From contig JBKPNQ010000131.1 in the NCBI GenBank assembly GCA_046732715.1, positions 1,692-65,691 of the forward strand: a stretch of 64,000 nt of DNA, written 5' to 3'. How positions within the stretch are numbered: position 1 is the first letter of the stretch; every line of letters begins with the position of its first letter. This DNA is from Acidobacteriota bacterium (lineage in GTDB: Bacteria > Acidobacteriota > Vicinamibacteria > Vicinamibacterales > 2-12-FULL-66-21). Of the stretch, positions 1 through 9,336 are shown piece by piece. Under the pieces are notes generated by a model, which searched no databases, had not been told where the DNA came from, and saw nothing but the letters and a program-made list of their open reading frames with translations. The translations under genes were made by a program, and so were the position numbers.

Positions 1-315
1 CCGGTCACCCGTGGCACCAGAAACGTCTTCGCGGATCTCGGGTTTCCCGATGTCGCCGAGCGTCAGGCCAAGCTGCGCCTGGCCTATGCCCTGAATCAGG
101 TGCTTGAAGCGCGCAGGCTTTCGCAGGCCGATGGAGCCAAGGTGCTGGGAGTCACGCAGCCCAAGGTCTCGGCGCTTCGTCACTACAAGCTGGCGGGCTT
201 CTCCGTGGAACGCCTGATGAACCTGTTGACCGCGCTCGACCAGGACGTCGAGATCGTCATCCGGCGAAAGCCCCGGTCGCGCAAGGCTGGTCGGATTAGT
301 GTCGTCGCGGCCTAG
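1..315 (+). CDS. XRE-family helix-turn-helix protein, HigA-type antitoxin-like (5' end cut by window edge)
   Basis: Frame 1 is open from base 1 to TAG 313-315. It reads ...RQAKLRLAYALNQVLEARRLSQADGAKVLGVTQPKVSALRHYKLAGFSVERLMNLL, a typical XRE HTH core of antitoxin size. A partner toxin would lie upstream, outside the window. Confidence 0.8.
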   Translation, partial: PVTRGTRNVFADLGFPDVAERQAKLRLAYALNQVLEARRLSQADGAKVLGVTQPKVSALRHYKLAGFSVERLMNLLTALDQDVEIVIRRKPRSRKAGRISVVAA

Positions 316-596
316 CCCGTAGTGCAGAATGCGACCTGCTCGCCGCCCTATAAGCCGAGCGTTGGTAAAGCGAACGGAACGATGATAGCTATGGTCCGCA
401 AACGAACAACGCCAAAAAGCCGAACGTCCTTCGAGAAGGCCTGTCGCCGTGCGCTGGCCAGACTCCGCGAGGGCCTGGATCTAGGTTGGACTCCACCAAC
501 ATCGCGAGGTGAGCTGTACCGATCAGCAGCCATCCGTCCCGGCAATCGAAGGCCTCCTTCTTCGGGATGACGCGGCGTGGAAACAGGTCGGCGCCG

Positions 597-1224
597 TCAG
601 CCAGCCGTACGCCGCGATTCAGAAGTTTCATCCCTGCGCGCGCGCGCGCGTCGCTCACCGACATCCTTCCGGAGCGGCTGAGCGCGTGGAGTATCTCGTT
701 GGTCGCTCGATCGTAGGCTACCGACTTTTCGACACGGACGGTGAACTCGTGCTTGACTGCGGCGTTCGTCGCGGCAGGCGGCACGGCAGGGAGTATCGGC
801 TGACAATCGTCCGCGACGGAGTTTCCCGCCGGACTCCGAGAGACCTTTCCGAATTCGGCGCATGGCCGCCTGTCGTGCCTTCACCTGGCTCCAGAGCTCG
901 TCATCCACGATTCGCAAGCCCGGAACGCTGGTCGTCACCCACTGCGACGGCGGATTCGGACGCCAAACCCGCTTACCAATATCCGGATCTTTCACGTACC
1001 GCAGACGATTCCACACGAGACGGCAGGAAGAGCGCGTTCATCGTGCCCTTCAGTCCGACGTGCAGGTGCGTGATGTCGCCTTCGCTAACCGAACGGTAGC
1101 ATCCCCCTTCAATTTGCGCCAGCGTCTGCCGCCATGTCGTTTCCTGAGTGTCTTCAGGCGGCGGATGCCCCGACCTCGCGATGTCGCTAACGATTTCAAG
1201 GAATATGCGGCGAACGGAGAATTC
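597..1224 (-). pseudogene. Large serine recombinase remnant A (central 'Recombinase' domain only, frameshifted)
   Basis: Two minus-strand frames read ...FSVRRIFLEIVSDIARSG...GTMNALFLPSRV and then WNRLRYVKDPDIGKRVWRPNPPSQWVTTSVPGLRIVDDELWSQVKARQAA. Together these match the conserved recombinase-domain core (..ELYIGRLVWNR.R..KDP.TGK...NP..EW......LRIV...LW..V.AR). The frame breaks near 1010. No resolvase catalytic domain or Zn-ribbon is attached. Confidence 0.6.
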
Positions 1225-1287
1225 AACTCCTCGAAAAGACAGAGTTCCGGCGTATCCTTTTGCGCTTTTCGGGAAACTAGATACCGC

Positions 1288-1803
1288 ATGACCGATTCGG
1301 ACTTCCGAAGCGCCTTCTATGCGCACAAGGACGTGCTCTACCGCTTCGTATATCGGATGACCGACTCAGCTGACGATGCCGAGGAGGTTGTACAGGAGTG
1401 CTTTCTTGCGCTGTGGCGAAAACCAAAGGCGTACGATCCGAATCGCGGCACGCTACGGGCGTTTCTGTTCGGAATCGCTCGTAAGCTGGTTCTCAAACGA
1501 TGGCGAGACCAGCATCCCCACGACTCGCTCGAAGAGGATTCGTCGACCTGTGGGCCGGTCGACTTGCTCGGTCAGGAGCGTGGCCAGATGGTCGCCTGGG
1601 CGGTTCAGACGCTGCCGCCCTTGCAGCGAGAAGCGATCATCCTGGCTGAATACGAAGATCTAACGTTGGACGAAATCGCCCGCGTCACTCAATCGGAGCT
1701 TGGCAGCGTGAAGTCACGGCTGCACCGAGCACGCACAAATCTGCGGCGGATGCTCGCTCCGCTTCTTGACCACAAAGAAAGCACTGCGTATGGACACAGG
1801 TAA
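1288..1803 (+). CDS. ECF (sigma-70 family, group 4) RNA polymerase sigma factor
   Basis: ATG at 1288 in the 862..1803 frame. Region 2-like DAEEVVQECFLALWRK and region 4-like LPPLQREAIILAEYEDLTLDEIARVTQSELGSVKSRLHRARTNL. The stop overlaps the next gene's start. Confidence 0.9.
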   Translation: MTDSDFRSAFYAHKDVLYRFVYRMTDSADDAEEVVQECFLALWRKPKAYDPNRGTLRAFLFGIARKLVLKRWRDQHPHDSLEEDSSTCGPVDLLGQERGQMVAWAVQTLPPLQREAIILAEYEDLTLDEIARVTQSELGSVKSRLHRARTNLRRMLAPLLDHKESTAYGHR

Positions 1804-2104
1804 CGATCCCCGACTGAAACGTCTGATGCAGGAATGGCAGGTTCCGAATGCTCCTGATGCGCTCGAACAGCGCGTGCTCGGTCAGCGGAGGCCGTGGTGG
1901 CGCAGCCTTCTGACGTCCCGTGTTCGAGTTCCGCTGCCGGTCGCCATTGCGGTCTCCGTACTGCTCGTATGGTTCGCCACTCTCGCGGCGCGCGATCGCG
2001 TTCCCCAGGTGCAGACGCCTGGCACCACCCACGACCTGCGGGGCTTCCAACCCGTCAATTCCGTTAGCGTGAGAATCGAAAGGAGCGGCGATGCCATACC
2101 GTAA
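1790..2104 (+). CDS. Putative anti-sigma factor (single-pass membrane protein)
   Basis: ATG 1790 overlaps the sigma-factor stop (ATGGACACAGGTAA). Short cytoplasmic N-terminus, then one hydrophobic helix VPLPVAIAVSVLLVWFATLAA. The position directly after the ECF sigma gene is the classic anti-sigma arrangement. Confidence 0.65.
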   Translation: MDTGNDPRLKRLMQEWQVPNAPDALEQRVLGQRRPWWRSLLTSRVRVPLPVAIAVSVLLVWFATLAARDRVPQVQTPGTTHDLRGFQPVNSVSVRIERSGDAIP

Positions 2105-2975
2105 TGCAATCGCTTTTCTGCTGGTCACCAGCGCGGCACTGCCGGCGGCGGCGCAAGTGTCGGTCTCTATGCACAGCGGAATCGAAGTTCAGATGACCGC
2201 GCGAATAGAGCCTGGTTCAGTGCGGATTCCATCGGGCGTGATGGCAATGCACATCGGTCGCTTCCATCGCGTCGTGCAGGATCGTAGTCAGAGGCGGTAC
2301 TTTGCATACGACGTGCTCATCGAACCAAAGGACGACTCTCGGGTATTCCAGGTCCGGATTGAACCGTTCAGCTTGTCCGCATCGGAACTCGCTGAAATGC
2401 AGGTCGATCCATCCTGGACATATGTCGCGCTCCTCAAGTACCCCGTGGTGCCGGATGTGCGCGCGGGAGATCGCGTGGCGATCGATCTCCTGGAGAATCC
2501 CACGACCGGACAGAAAGTTGTGGACTATTTCGTCTTCAAACCTTCGAACGCCACGGCTGCCGCAGAACTCAGTCCGGTTCGAGACTTGTCCCTGGCTGAC
2601 GTGCAGCTGCGGCTGGACGATTTGCGGATCAGCGTGAACGGAACGGTGCTGGACGCCTCAACGCGTGTGGGCGGCAGTATCTCGGGTGCCGCGCTGTGGT
2701 TCTACCTCCCGGAGAGGGGGCGCTTCGTGATGTCATTGCTGCCGAGCCCGAAGCTCGGCTTCCGCCGAGCTGGCGAAGTCACGAACGCGTTGCTCAGCTT
2801 CACGGACGGGAGTGATCGGTACGACATCAAGAGCACCGGTCGCATCGCTCCGGCTAGCGGCCGCTTCAACCTCTACGTTGTTCGCGATCCCGAGTGGCGA
2901 CCAACGGGGAGTGAGTCGAACTCGCCGCTCGTTGTTGGAGCAGGCGATCGCGCAGAATGGCTGGTGGCTAAGTGA
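2091..2975 (+). CDS. Secreted protein of unknown function (third gene of the ECF module)
   Basis: Start overlaps the anti-sigma stop by 14 nt. Signal peptide MPYRNAIAFLLVTSAALPAAAQV. The 294-aa ORF has coding-like composition. I recognise no family motif. Confidence 0.7.
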   Translation: MPYRNAIAFLLVTSAALPAAAQVSVSMHSGIEVQMTARIEPGSVRIPSGVMAMHIGRFHRVVQDRSQRRYFAYDVLIEPKDDSRVFQVRIEPFSLSASELAEMQVDPSWTYVALLKYPVVPDVRAGDRVAIDLLENPTTGQKVVDYFVFKPSNATAAAELSPVRDLSLADVQLRLDDLRISVNGTVLDASTRVGGSISGAALWFYLPERGRFVMSLLPSPKLGFRRAGEVTNALLSFTDGSDRYDIKSTGRIAPASGRFNLYVVRDPEWRPTGSESNSPLVVGAGDRAEWLVAK

Positions 2976-3010
2976 CCGCCGCAAACGCGCGGCGACCGTC
3001 GCAACGAGGT

Positions 3011-3440
3011 CTACCAGGGATCCGGGCCATCTCCGGATGCAGGAGCGTTGGCGGCGCGTCCGCGGCGCCGACTCTCGCTTTCAGCGCCTCGCGCCTGGCC
3101 GCATTCGCGGTCCTCATCCTTGACCTCTGACGGCGGAGCGCCCTCCATTACCATCTCGATCAGCTTCTTGCGACGCGCTTCGATCCGCTCAATCTCTCGT
3201 TCCGCCGCTGACAGCCCCGCGCGATGTTCCATCCGTAGTCGGTTCATCTCGCGTGTGAACTCATCGCAGAACTCTTTGAAGAGATCCTGCCGAAGCAGCT
3301 TCTCTTGAAGCGCACGCCAGACCCGCGCCTCGACTTCACCGCGGCCGATGGTCAGGTGGTTGTCGCACCGCCCTTGATCGCGCGCCCCGAAGCATCCGAG
3401 GCGGTGCTTGCCGGTCAGAACGAGGCTCTCGAGCGTCATT
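3011..3440 (-). pseudogene. Large serine recombinase remnant B (Zn-ribbon/coiled-coil C-terminal part only)
   Basis: The C-terminal 140 codons of ORF 3011..3892 read LVLTGKHRLGCFGARDQGRCDNHLTIGRGEVEARVWRALQEKLLRQDLFKEFCDEFTREMNRLRMEHRAGLSAAEREIERIEARRKKLIEMV. This is the recombinase zinc-ribbon plus coiled-coil pattern. The N-terminal 150 codons of the ORF look non-coding (S/P/R-rich) and carry no catalytic domain. Confidence 0.6.
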
Positions 3441-3647
3441 CCGAAGGCGCTCGCGCAGGCATGATGCCGTGTAGTAGCCTGTCGATCGCTGCAGAGCACA
3501 GGTAGGTTCTCGAGCATCGCCATCGGAGTGACGCGGATGCCGCCGTAATGGCGCAGGCACGGCATAGTGTGCGGATCAGGTGCGTGGATCGCTGAGTGTA
3601 GCGCCGTAGTTGGCGTCGCAAGCACCGTTTGTCGGCTTGGAGGCGAG

Positions 3648-4637
3648 ATGAAGACCACTTCCTTACTGATCGGCCTTCTGTTGTTGATTGGGCTGAATGC
3701 TGGCGTCGACTCGCAACAGCCGATCGCGATCAGCAGCGACTCTCTAAGGGTGATACTACTTGGGACGGCCGGTGGTCCCACAATAGATGCGCAACGACTG
3801 GGTATCAGCACGCTGATTCTGGCGGGACCTGAGACATTGTTGTTCGATTGTGGGCGCGGCTTGACGACCGGCTTGGCCAGACTGGCGATCAACCCGGCGG
3901 ATGTGACGAAAGTGTTCTTGACTCACCTCCATTCGGATCACATCGTGTCCCTCCCCGAACTCTATTTGTTTCCCTGGGCGTCTCAAGGTCGAGCCATGCC
4001 ACTGAAAGTGTGGGGGCCCGATGGCACACGGTCGATGGTCAAGCACTTGGAGGACGCATTCTCGGTCGATATTCACATTCGGCGCGATGTGGACGAACGG
4101 TTTTCTGCCCAGGGCATCACGGTCATTGCGACCAACATTCGCGAGGGCGTCGTCTACGAAACGAACGACGTCAAAGTCACGGCGTTTCTCGTGGATCATG
4201 GACCGATTAAACCGGCGTTCGGTTACCGTGTTGACTATCGAGGTCGCTCAGTTGTCATGTCCGGAGACACGAAGCCTTCTGACAACCTGATCAAGTTCTC
4301 GCAGGGTGTTGATGTGTTGGTTCACGAAGTCGGGAGGTCGAAGCAGGATCCTGCCTTGATTGGCCCTCCGAATGAAGTGCTTCCGAACTCCCGCCAAACT
4401 CGTGGACAAGCCAAGACGATCGCTGATCACCATACGGATGGCATCGAAGCCGGACGAGTATTCGAACGGGTGAAGCCAAGGCTTGCGGTGTTCTCACACT
4501 TCAACGGAGTACCAGCTGCGATACTCCCTCTCGTGAGACAGAGCTACGCTGGCTCTGTGGAGTTTGGTGAAGACCTGATGACAATTGATGTCGGCGACGC
4601 TGTCAAGGTTCGTCGTTTTGTCCCCGCGAACAGGTAG
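3648..4637 (+). CDS. Exported MBL-fold metallo-hydrolase (RNase Z / beta-lactamase superfamily)
   Basis: ATG 3648 is preceded by GGAGGCGAG. Signal peptide MKTTSLLIGLLLLIGLNAG. Contains the metallo-beta-lactamase motif THLHSDH and a later DHGP. Confidence 0.9.
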   Translation: MKTTSLLIGLLLLIGLNAGVDSQQPIAISSDSLRVILLGTAGGPTIDAQRLGISTLILAGPETLLFDCGRGLTTGLARLAINPADVTKVFLTHLHSDHIVSLPELYLFPWASQGRAMPLKVWGPDGTRSMVKHLEDAFSVDIHIRRDVDERFSAQGITVIATNIREGVVYETNDVKVTAFLVDHGPIKPAFGYRVDYRGRSVVMSGDTKPSDNLIKFSQGVDVLVHEVGRSKQDPALIGPPNEVLPNSRQTRGQAKTIADHHTDGIEAGRVFERVKPRLAVFSHFNGVPAAILPLVRQSYAGSVEFGEDLMTIDVGDAVKVRRFVPANR

Positions 4638-4826
4638 TCGGTCGAAGGACCCACGTCATCGGCCAGGAGGAAACGCCCTCGAGGCCTGACCGGTACCAGC
4701 GAGGCTCTCACGCAGCCCCGTTCCACAACTGCAAGTAGCGCTGGTTGCACGCCCCCGCAACCAAACCGGTTGAACGGATTACGGCGATTCGCTGTCACCC
4801 GTTTTTTGTTTCTGTATAAGGTCTGT

Positions 4827-5420
4827 CTAACGCCGCTTCCTTAGTTTGTCGCAGACGGTAACCACAGGCACTTGCGGAAGCGAAGGCGGCAGGGGCATTG
4901 GGATGTCGCATTGCAGGTCGCGCACGAACTCACGAGACCGCTTCGCCAGCACCAAGTTCCAATCGCCAACGAGCGGCAGCGTCGGATCGGTCAATCGCGT
5001 GTTCGTGATGCGCCAGTCACGATCGACATCGTCAACGACGATCGTGTTGATGTGATCGAGCCTGATCGTGGATTGTCCGATCGTTGCCGAGCGACTGTCG
5101 AAGTCGGCCCGGAACGCGATCGTCACCTCCCCGTAGTACTGAGAGTGCGAGACGACACCGTTCGTGCCAGCTCCGAACGAACGTGAGCCCGCCCCGCCGG
5201 AGCGTCCGCTACCGTTCCGTTGGAACCAGCCTGGTTTCCCGCGCCACAAGACCAGCAGATCAACGATCTCGTTATCGCCCTGACGATGTCCACAGAAGGT
5301 CGACACGACGGTGGACGAAACAATGTCGGACTGGCAGCTCGCGCTCTCGCGCGGTTGCTGCGGGCCCGCCTGCGCGAACGCCCAGAGCGTCGCCATAGCG
5401 GTCAGCATCGCTCGCATCAT
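4827..5420 (-). CDS. Secreted hypothetical protein
   Basis: 197-aa ORF with signal peptide MMRAMLTAMATLWAFAQAGP and a beta-rich mature part. No recognisable family. Confidence 0.6.
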   Translation of the reverse strand: MMRAMLTAMATLWAFAQAGPQQPRESASCQSDIVSSTVVSTFCGHRQGDNEIVDLLVLWRGKPGWFQRNGSGRSGGAGSRSFGAGTNGVVSHSQYYGEVTIAFRADFDSRSATIGQSTIRLDHINTIVVDDVDRDWRITNTRLTDPTLPLVGDWNLVLAKRSREFVRDLQCDIPMPLPPSLPQVPVVTVCDKLRKRR

Positions 5421-5517
5421 TCGGCGATTCTATCTTCATCATGCGGAGCGCAGTCACCCGCCGGTGCTGTCGGTGCGGCGATTGCACAACGCTGCCGCGT
5501 CGCGCCGGCACCACAGC

Positions 5518-8148
5518 CTACTCAACACGGAGGGCTGTGACAGGATCAACGCAGGCGGCGTGTCGTGCGGGGATCCAGGCGGCGGTCAGGGCCGTCAGAC
5601 TGAGAGCCAGGGCTGTTGCCACGTAACTTGCCGGGTCGGTTGGCTCTACCCCGAACAGAATGTTCGCGACAGCATGAGCGGCCACAATCGCCCCCCCAAG
5701 ACCCGTCGCGATTCCAATCGCCACCGGCCATGCGGACTCTCGAACCACCTCGCGCACGATTTGACGACTTGTGGCACCGAGGGCAATCCGAACGCCCATC
5801 TCGCGAGTCCGTTGTGAGACCGAGTACGTCACCACACCGTAGACGCCGGCAATGGCTGTCAGCAGCGCGATCGCCGCCAACAGACCAAACAACACTGCGC
5901 TGTCGCGCTCGGATCGCACGGCTGCCGCCAGTCGCTCGTTCATGGTGGTGTCCTCATCGATCACGATGTTCTGCCCAAGCGTCCAGATGGCTTCACGCAT
6001 GGTGGGGAGTAATGCGGCGAGGTCGCCGGTGCGCGAGCGCGCGAGGATCGTCAAACGCGCGAACGCGAATTGGCTGCCGACGGTCTGAGCCAGCGGAATG
6101 TAGACGAACGCGTGCGCAGGTTGCCGCAGCGACGTGTCCAGCGTGTCTCCCACTATCCCGATCACGGTCAACGCCGATCTGCCAAACTGAATCTGCGAGC
6201 CGAGCAGCCGCGGCTCCGACGCCAGCACTCGCACGAAGGCTTCGTTGACAATGGCGACGCGCTCGCGATCCGCCACGTCCAGCCGACTGAAGTCACGACC
6301 GGCGGTGAGCCTGATTCGCATGGTGGCGAAGTAACCGGGAGTGACGGCTGCCACTGACACGGATCTTCCACTCCCGGCGACCGGTGGCCTGCCGATAACG
6401 GACACCCCCGACATCGAAATCGTCGAACCGCTGAGCGGCACGCTGGAGGCGGCGGCCACCGACTCCACGCCCGGAACGCGGCCGATCTGCTCCGTCACTC
6501 GATCGAAGAAGGCCGACGCCAGGTGCTGGATTTCGGGAATCGTGCCCGACATTCCTGGCATCACGCCCGCCGTCACGACACGATCGCTGTCGAAACCTGA
6601 CTTGGAGTGATTGAGGTTCCAGAGTGTTCGAGACAGCAGCGCCGCCGTCAGCACCAGGACGAACGCCACGGCAACCTCCAGCGCGAGAAGCGCTCGCCGC
6701 AGCCGAGTGCGGCCGGTGACCGTTCGATCGGCTCCCAAGTTGGCACCGGGGACGCCACTGCGCCGAATGGCGACGAGCGATACGAGACCAGTCAGAGCCC
6801 CCGCCGCCGCCGCGAGTACAGCGTTGAATACCAGCACCGACCAATCAATCGGGAGTTGCTCAACGTAGGAGACGCGTGGGGTCAGCGTCGAGCGCAGCAC
6901 ACCATTGACGACGTACGCGAGGATCAGCGCGCCGACCGATCCGAGGCCGGCGAGCAGCAGGCTCTCGGTCAAAACCAGACGTATCAGCCGGCCGGTCCGC
7001 GCACCAAGTGCCGCACGGACGGCGAACTCCATCTGGCGGGCGGACACCCGTGCCAGCAACAGACTGGCAATGTTCGCGCACACGATCAGGAGAACGCAGC
7101 CCACCGCGGCCATCAGCAGCAGCAAGCGGTGACGAGTATCGCCAATCAGGCGATCCTGAAGCGGCGTCGCCGCGACCGATGTGCGTTCGATGAGGCTGGC
7201 CGAGTACTGGGCTGAAGCCTCCTGCTTGAAGATGCCGGTCAACTCTGACGATGCCGTTCCGGGGGTGGCTCCCGGCGCAAGCCGCCCGAGCACTTGCGGC
7301 CAGGCGTTGCGGTCGGAGAGGCGGATGACGTCTGGCTGCATCCTGGCGAACAGCGGTACCTGCTCGGGCGACTCGGCGACAGGAAAGCGGAAGTCGTGAC
7401 GAAGAATCCCGACGATGACGAGCGGCTCGCCGGTGTTGGCGATGTCGGTGAGCCTAATGGTCTTGCCGAGCACCTCGGGGCTGCTGCCGAACCGTCGAAC
7501 CCAAACGTGGTGAGTCAGCACCGCGATCGCCGGCGCACCGGGGTTCGCATCAGCGTCCGAGAATGTCCTCCCCAACTCGGGCGTGAGACCGAGCAACGGA
7601 AAAAAGTTCGGCGTGACGGCCGCAGCGTTCACCTGCATGGGCTGATTCCCGATGACGACCGTCGCCGGTAGCGATGGCTCGAACCCCGCGAAATCGGCCA
7701 GCGTGTGCCCGTGAGCACGCCACGCGTCTGTCAACCAGCGGGGGCTGCCTCCGAGCGGCGGATGTTCGATCAAAACGAGTCGGTCCGGGTCGGCGTACGC
7801 CAGTGGGCGCAGCAGAACGGCATTCACAACACTGAAGATTGCGGTGTTTGCACCAAGCCCAATCGCCAGAGACAGCAGCGCCATCGCCATGAAGGCTGGA
7901 GAGCGCCTCAAGGAACGAAAGGCAAACCGAGCGTCCTGCTGCAGGTGCTCGAGCCACATGAGTCGGCGAGACTCGTAGAACCGCTCTCGGACCCGAGTGA
8001 CGTTTCCGAACTTGCGACGGGCCACGCTCGCGGCGTCTTCGGGACTGAGTCCATCCGCGATCAGCCGGTCGGTTTCGAGCGTGACGTGTGCTTCGATTTC
8101 CTCGCGAAACTCCTCATCGGATGGACCGCATCGGCGCGTCATGGTCAC
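5518..8148 (-). CDS. ADOP-type duplicated FtsX/MacB-like permease (no cognate ATPase in window)
   Basis: 876 aa. The N-terminus [44 protein letters not shown]...[17 protein letters not shown] is characteristic of this family. Two FtsX modules are present (..[17 protein letters not shown].. near the C-terminus). The start ATG overlaps the PadR stop (ATGA). Confidence 0.95.
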   Translation of the reverse strand: MTMTRRCGPSDEEFREEIEAHVTLETDRLIADGLSPEDAASVARRKFGNVTRVRERFYESRRLMWLEHLQQDARFAFRSLRRSPAFMAMALLSLAIGLGANTAIFSVVNAVLLRPLAYADPDRLVLIEHPPLGGSPRWLTDAWRAHGHTLADFAGFEPSLPATVVIGNQPMQVNAAAVTPNFFPLLGLTPELGRTFSDADANPGAPAIAVLTHHVWVRRFGSSPEVLGKTIRLTDIANTGEPLVIVGILRHDFRFPVAESPEQVPLFARMQPDVIRLSDRNAWPQVLGRLAPGATPGTASSELTGIFKQEASAQYSASLIERTSVAATPLQDRLIGDTRHRLLLLMAAVGCVLLIVCANIASLLLARVSARQMEFAVRAALGARTGRLIRLVLTESLLLAGLGSVGALILAYVVNGVLRSTLTPRVSYVEQLPIDWSVLVFNAVLAAAAGALTGLVSLVAIRRSGVPGANLGADRTVTGRTRLRRALLALEVAVAFVLVLTAALLSRTLWNLNHSKSGFDSDRVVTAGVMPGMSGTIPEIQHLASAFFDRVTEQIGRVPGVESVAAASSVPLSGSTISMSGVSVIGRPPVAGSGRSVSVAAVTPGYFATMRIRLTAGRDFSRLDVADRERVAIVNEAFVRVLASEPRLLGSQIQFGRSALTVIGIVGDTLDTSLRQPAHAFVYIPLAQTVGSQFAFARLTILARSRTGDLAALLPTMREAIWTLGQNIVIDEDTTMNERLAAAVRSERDSAVLFGLLAAIALLTAIAGVYGVVTYSVSQRTREMGVRIALGATSRQIVREVVRESAWPVAIGIATGLGGAIVAAHAVANILFGVEPTDPASYVATALALSLTALTAAWIPARHAACVDPVTALRVE

Positions 8149-8495
8149 GCCTTTTCAGGTCCAAGAATCCGTGCGATCGCGCCGCTGAGGCGATACCACT
8201 GGCTCGTCCCCGCCGTCAGTTGCTTCCGCCCGGCTCGAGTGAGGCGGTAGAAACGCGCTCTTCGGTTGCTGTCCGATGTGCCCCACTCAGCGTCGATCCA
8301 CCCGCGCCGCTCGAGACGCTGCAGGGCGGGATAGAGCGATCCATGGTCCACGAGCAACGCCCCGTCGGTCTGTTGCTCGATCGCGCGAGCGATACCCTGG
8401 CCGTGTTCATGGCCGAAGATCAGGACTCGCAAGATCAGGAGATCCAATGTTCCCTGAAGCAGGGCGATTCGCTCACTATCATCTCGGGTCGACAT
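8145..8495 (-). CDS. PadR-family transcriptional regulator
   Basis: Start at ATG 8495 ([35 protein letters not shown]...[41 protein letters not shown]), a canonical PadR winged helix. The upstream part of the 223-aa ORF looks non-coding. Confidence 0.9.
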   Translation of the reverse strand: MSTRDDSERIALLQGTLDLLILRVLIFGHEHGQGIARAIEQQTDGALLVDHGSLYPALQRLERRGWIDAEWGTSDSNRRARFYRLTRAGRKQLTAGTSQWYRLSGAIARILGPEKA

Positions 8496-8534
8496 CCGAC
8501 CTGAGTTTCTCTCCACTTCGGGTCGAATGTCAAC
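8488..8534 (-). promoter_or_regulatory. Putative PadR operator/promoter: 14-bp imperfect inverted repeat around a TTGACA-N18-GAAACT-N8-ATG arrangement
   Basis: The gene-sense strand reads GTTGACATTCGACC-N19-GGTCGGATGTCGAC, with 12 of 14 positions complementary. The left half contains TTGACA (8528-8533). A weak -10-like GAAACT lies at 8504-8509. The right half contains the PadR ATG (8493-8495). Confidence 0.4.
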
Positions 8535-9036
8535 CTGAAAGGAATTCAGGCAGGAGCAACTCGAACTCGATCTCGTCTTCAATCGGACGTCCGCCAACGC
8601 CGAAATGCGAAATCTCTGGCTTGAGCCTGCGTGATTCCGCAAGCGCACCACGATGAACGGCTGCAAGATGCAGACCCCAGCGTGAGTAGAACGTAATGGC
8701 GGGCTCATTGTCGTTGGTTGTAATGAGCCATAGTCTTCGGCATTGCAGGTCGCGGGCGCGGTCCCGAGCCGCAGCCAGAAGGCGAGAGCCGAGTCCACGT
8801 CCAGCGATAGCGGCATGCAGCGAGACGACCTCCAGTTCGCGCTTCAGCACGCAGTAGGTGAGCAAGGCACTTGGCTCGCCGCCGAACATGGCGATGAACC
8901 CCGGGAGCGCGTCTGCCTGATGCAGGACGCCGCGGGAAACGACCTTCGTAGACCCGAAGTGTTCTCCCAAAAAGGAGCGGACCCAGTCGCGGTCCGCCGG
9001 CGCGATCTCGCGAACGGCGATCTCTGTGTTGGTCAT
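8530..9036 (-). CDS. GNAT-family N-acetyltransferase
   Basis: Start at ATG 9036 ([18 protein letters not shown]...). Acetyl-CoA-binding-like segment [48 protein letters not shown]. Confidence 0.85.
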   Translation of the reverse strand: MTNTEIAVREIAPADRDWVRSFLGEHFGSTKVVSRGVLHQADALPGFIAMFGGEPSALLTYCVLKRELEVVSLHAAIAGRGLGSRLLAAARDRARDLQCRRLWLITTNDNEPAITFYSRWGLHLAAVHRGALAESRRLKPEISHFGVGGRPIEDEIEFELLLPEFLSG

Positions 9037-9336
9037 CGAAGGTGGTGAACTGGTCGAACGTGATCGATACGATCGATCCCGCCTACTACACTGTCGCCGA
9101 TGGCGATGAGCCAACGCCGTCGGCACTTGCTCCTACCGTCGCATTCGCTGGGCGACCTAGATTATGCAGCCGTCCAGGGGAACTCCAAATTCAGTGGGCT
9201 GCACGCCCCCGCAACCACAAAGGCCACAGGGTCACGCGCTCGTAGCCGTTTCCATTTTTGGGGCGTGACCCGTTCGTGTTCGTGGTTGTGGGCGCAAGAT
9301 GGGAACGTCTTCTCTCACGGCAACCACGACGCCGGC

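Noticed and set aside
631-647. (GC)n run gcgcgcgcgcgcgcg inside the recombinase-remnant region
   Set aside because: Only about 15 nt and inside decayed sequence. It is too short to claim Z-DNA or phase-variation function.
389-784. 131-codon minus ORF adjacent to recombinase remnant A
   Set aside because: No recognisable motif. It overlaps other equally long frames in decayed DNA, so I cannot support it as a gene.
1205-1240. Possible ECF-type autoregulated promoter (GAAC-N16-CGAA) upstream of the sigma gene
   Set aside because: The match to ECF -35/-10 consensus (GGAAC ... CGTC-like) is weak and unsupported by any second copy. It is not reported as a feature.
862-1287. N-terminal extensions offered by the ORF track (862 for the sigma factor; also 3567, 16663, 35107, 36849, 40636, 47956..49242 upstream parts, 20916..21722, 21493..22341, 22363..23055)
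   Set aside because: The extended regions lack coding-like composition and overlap neighbouring genes or remnants. Internal ATG/GTG starts with an RBS, signal peptide or family-typical N-terminus were preferred.
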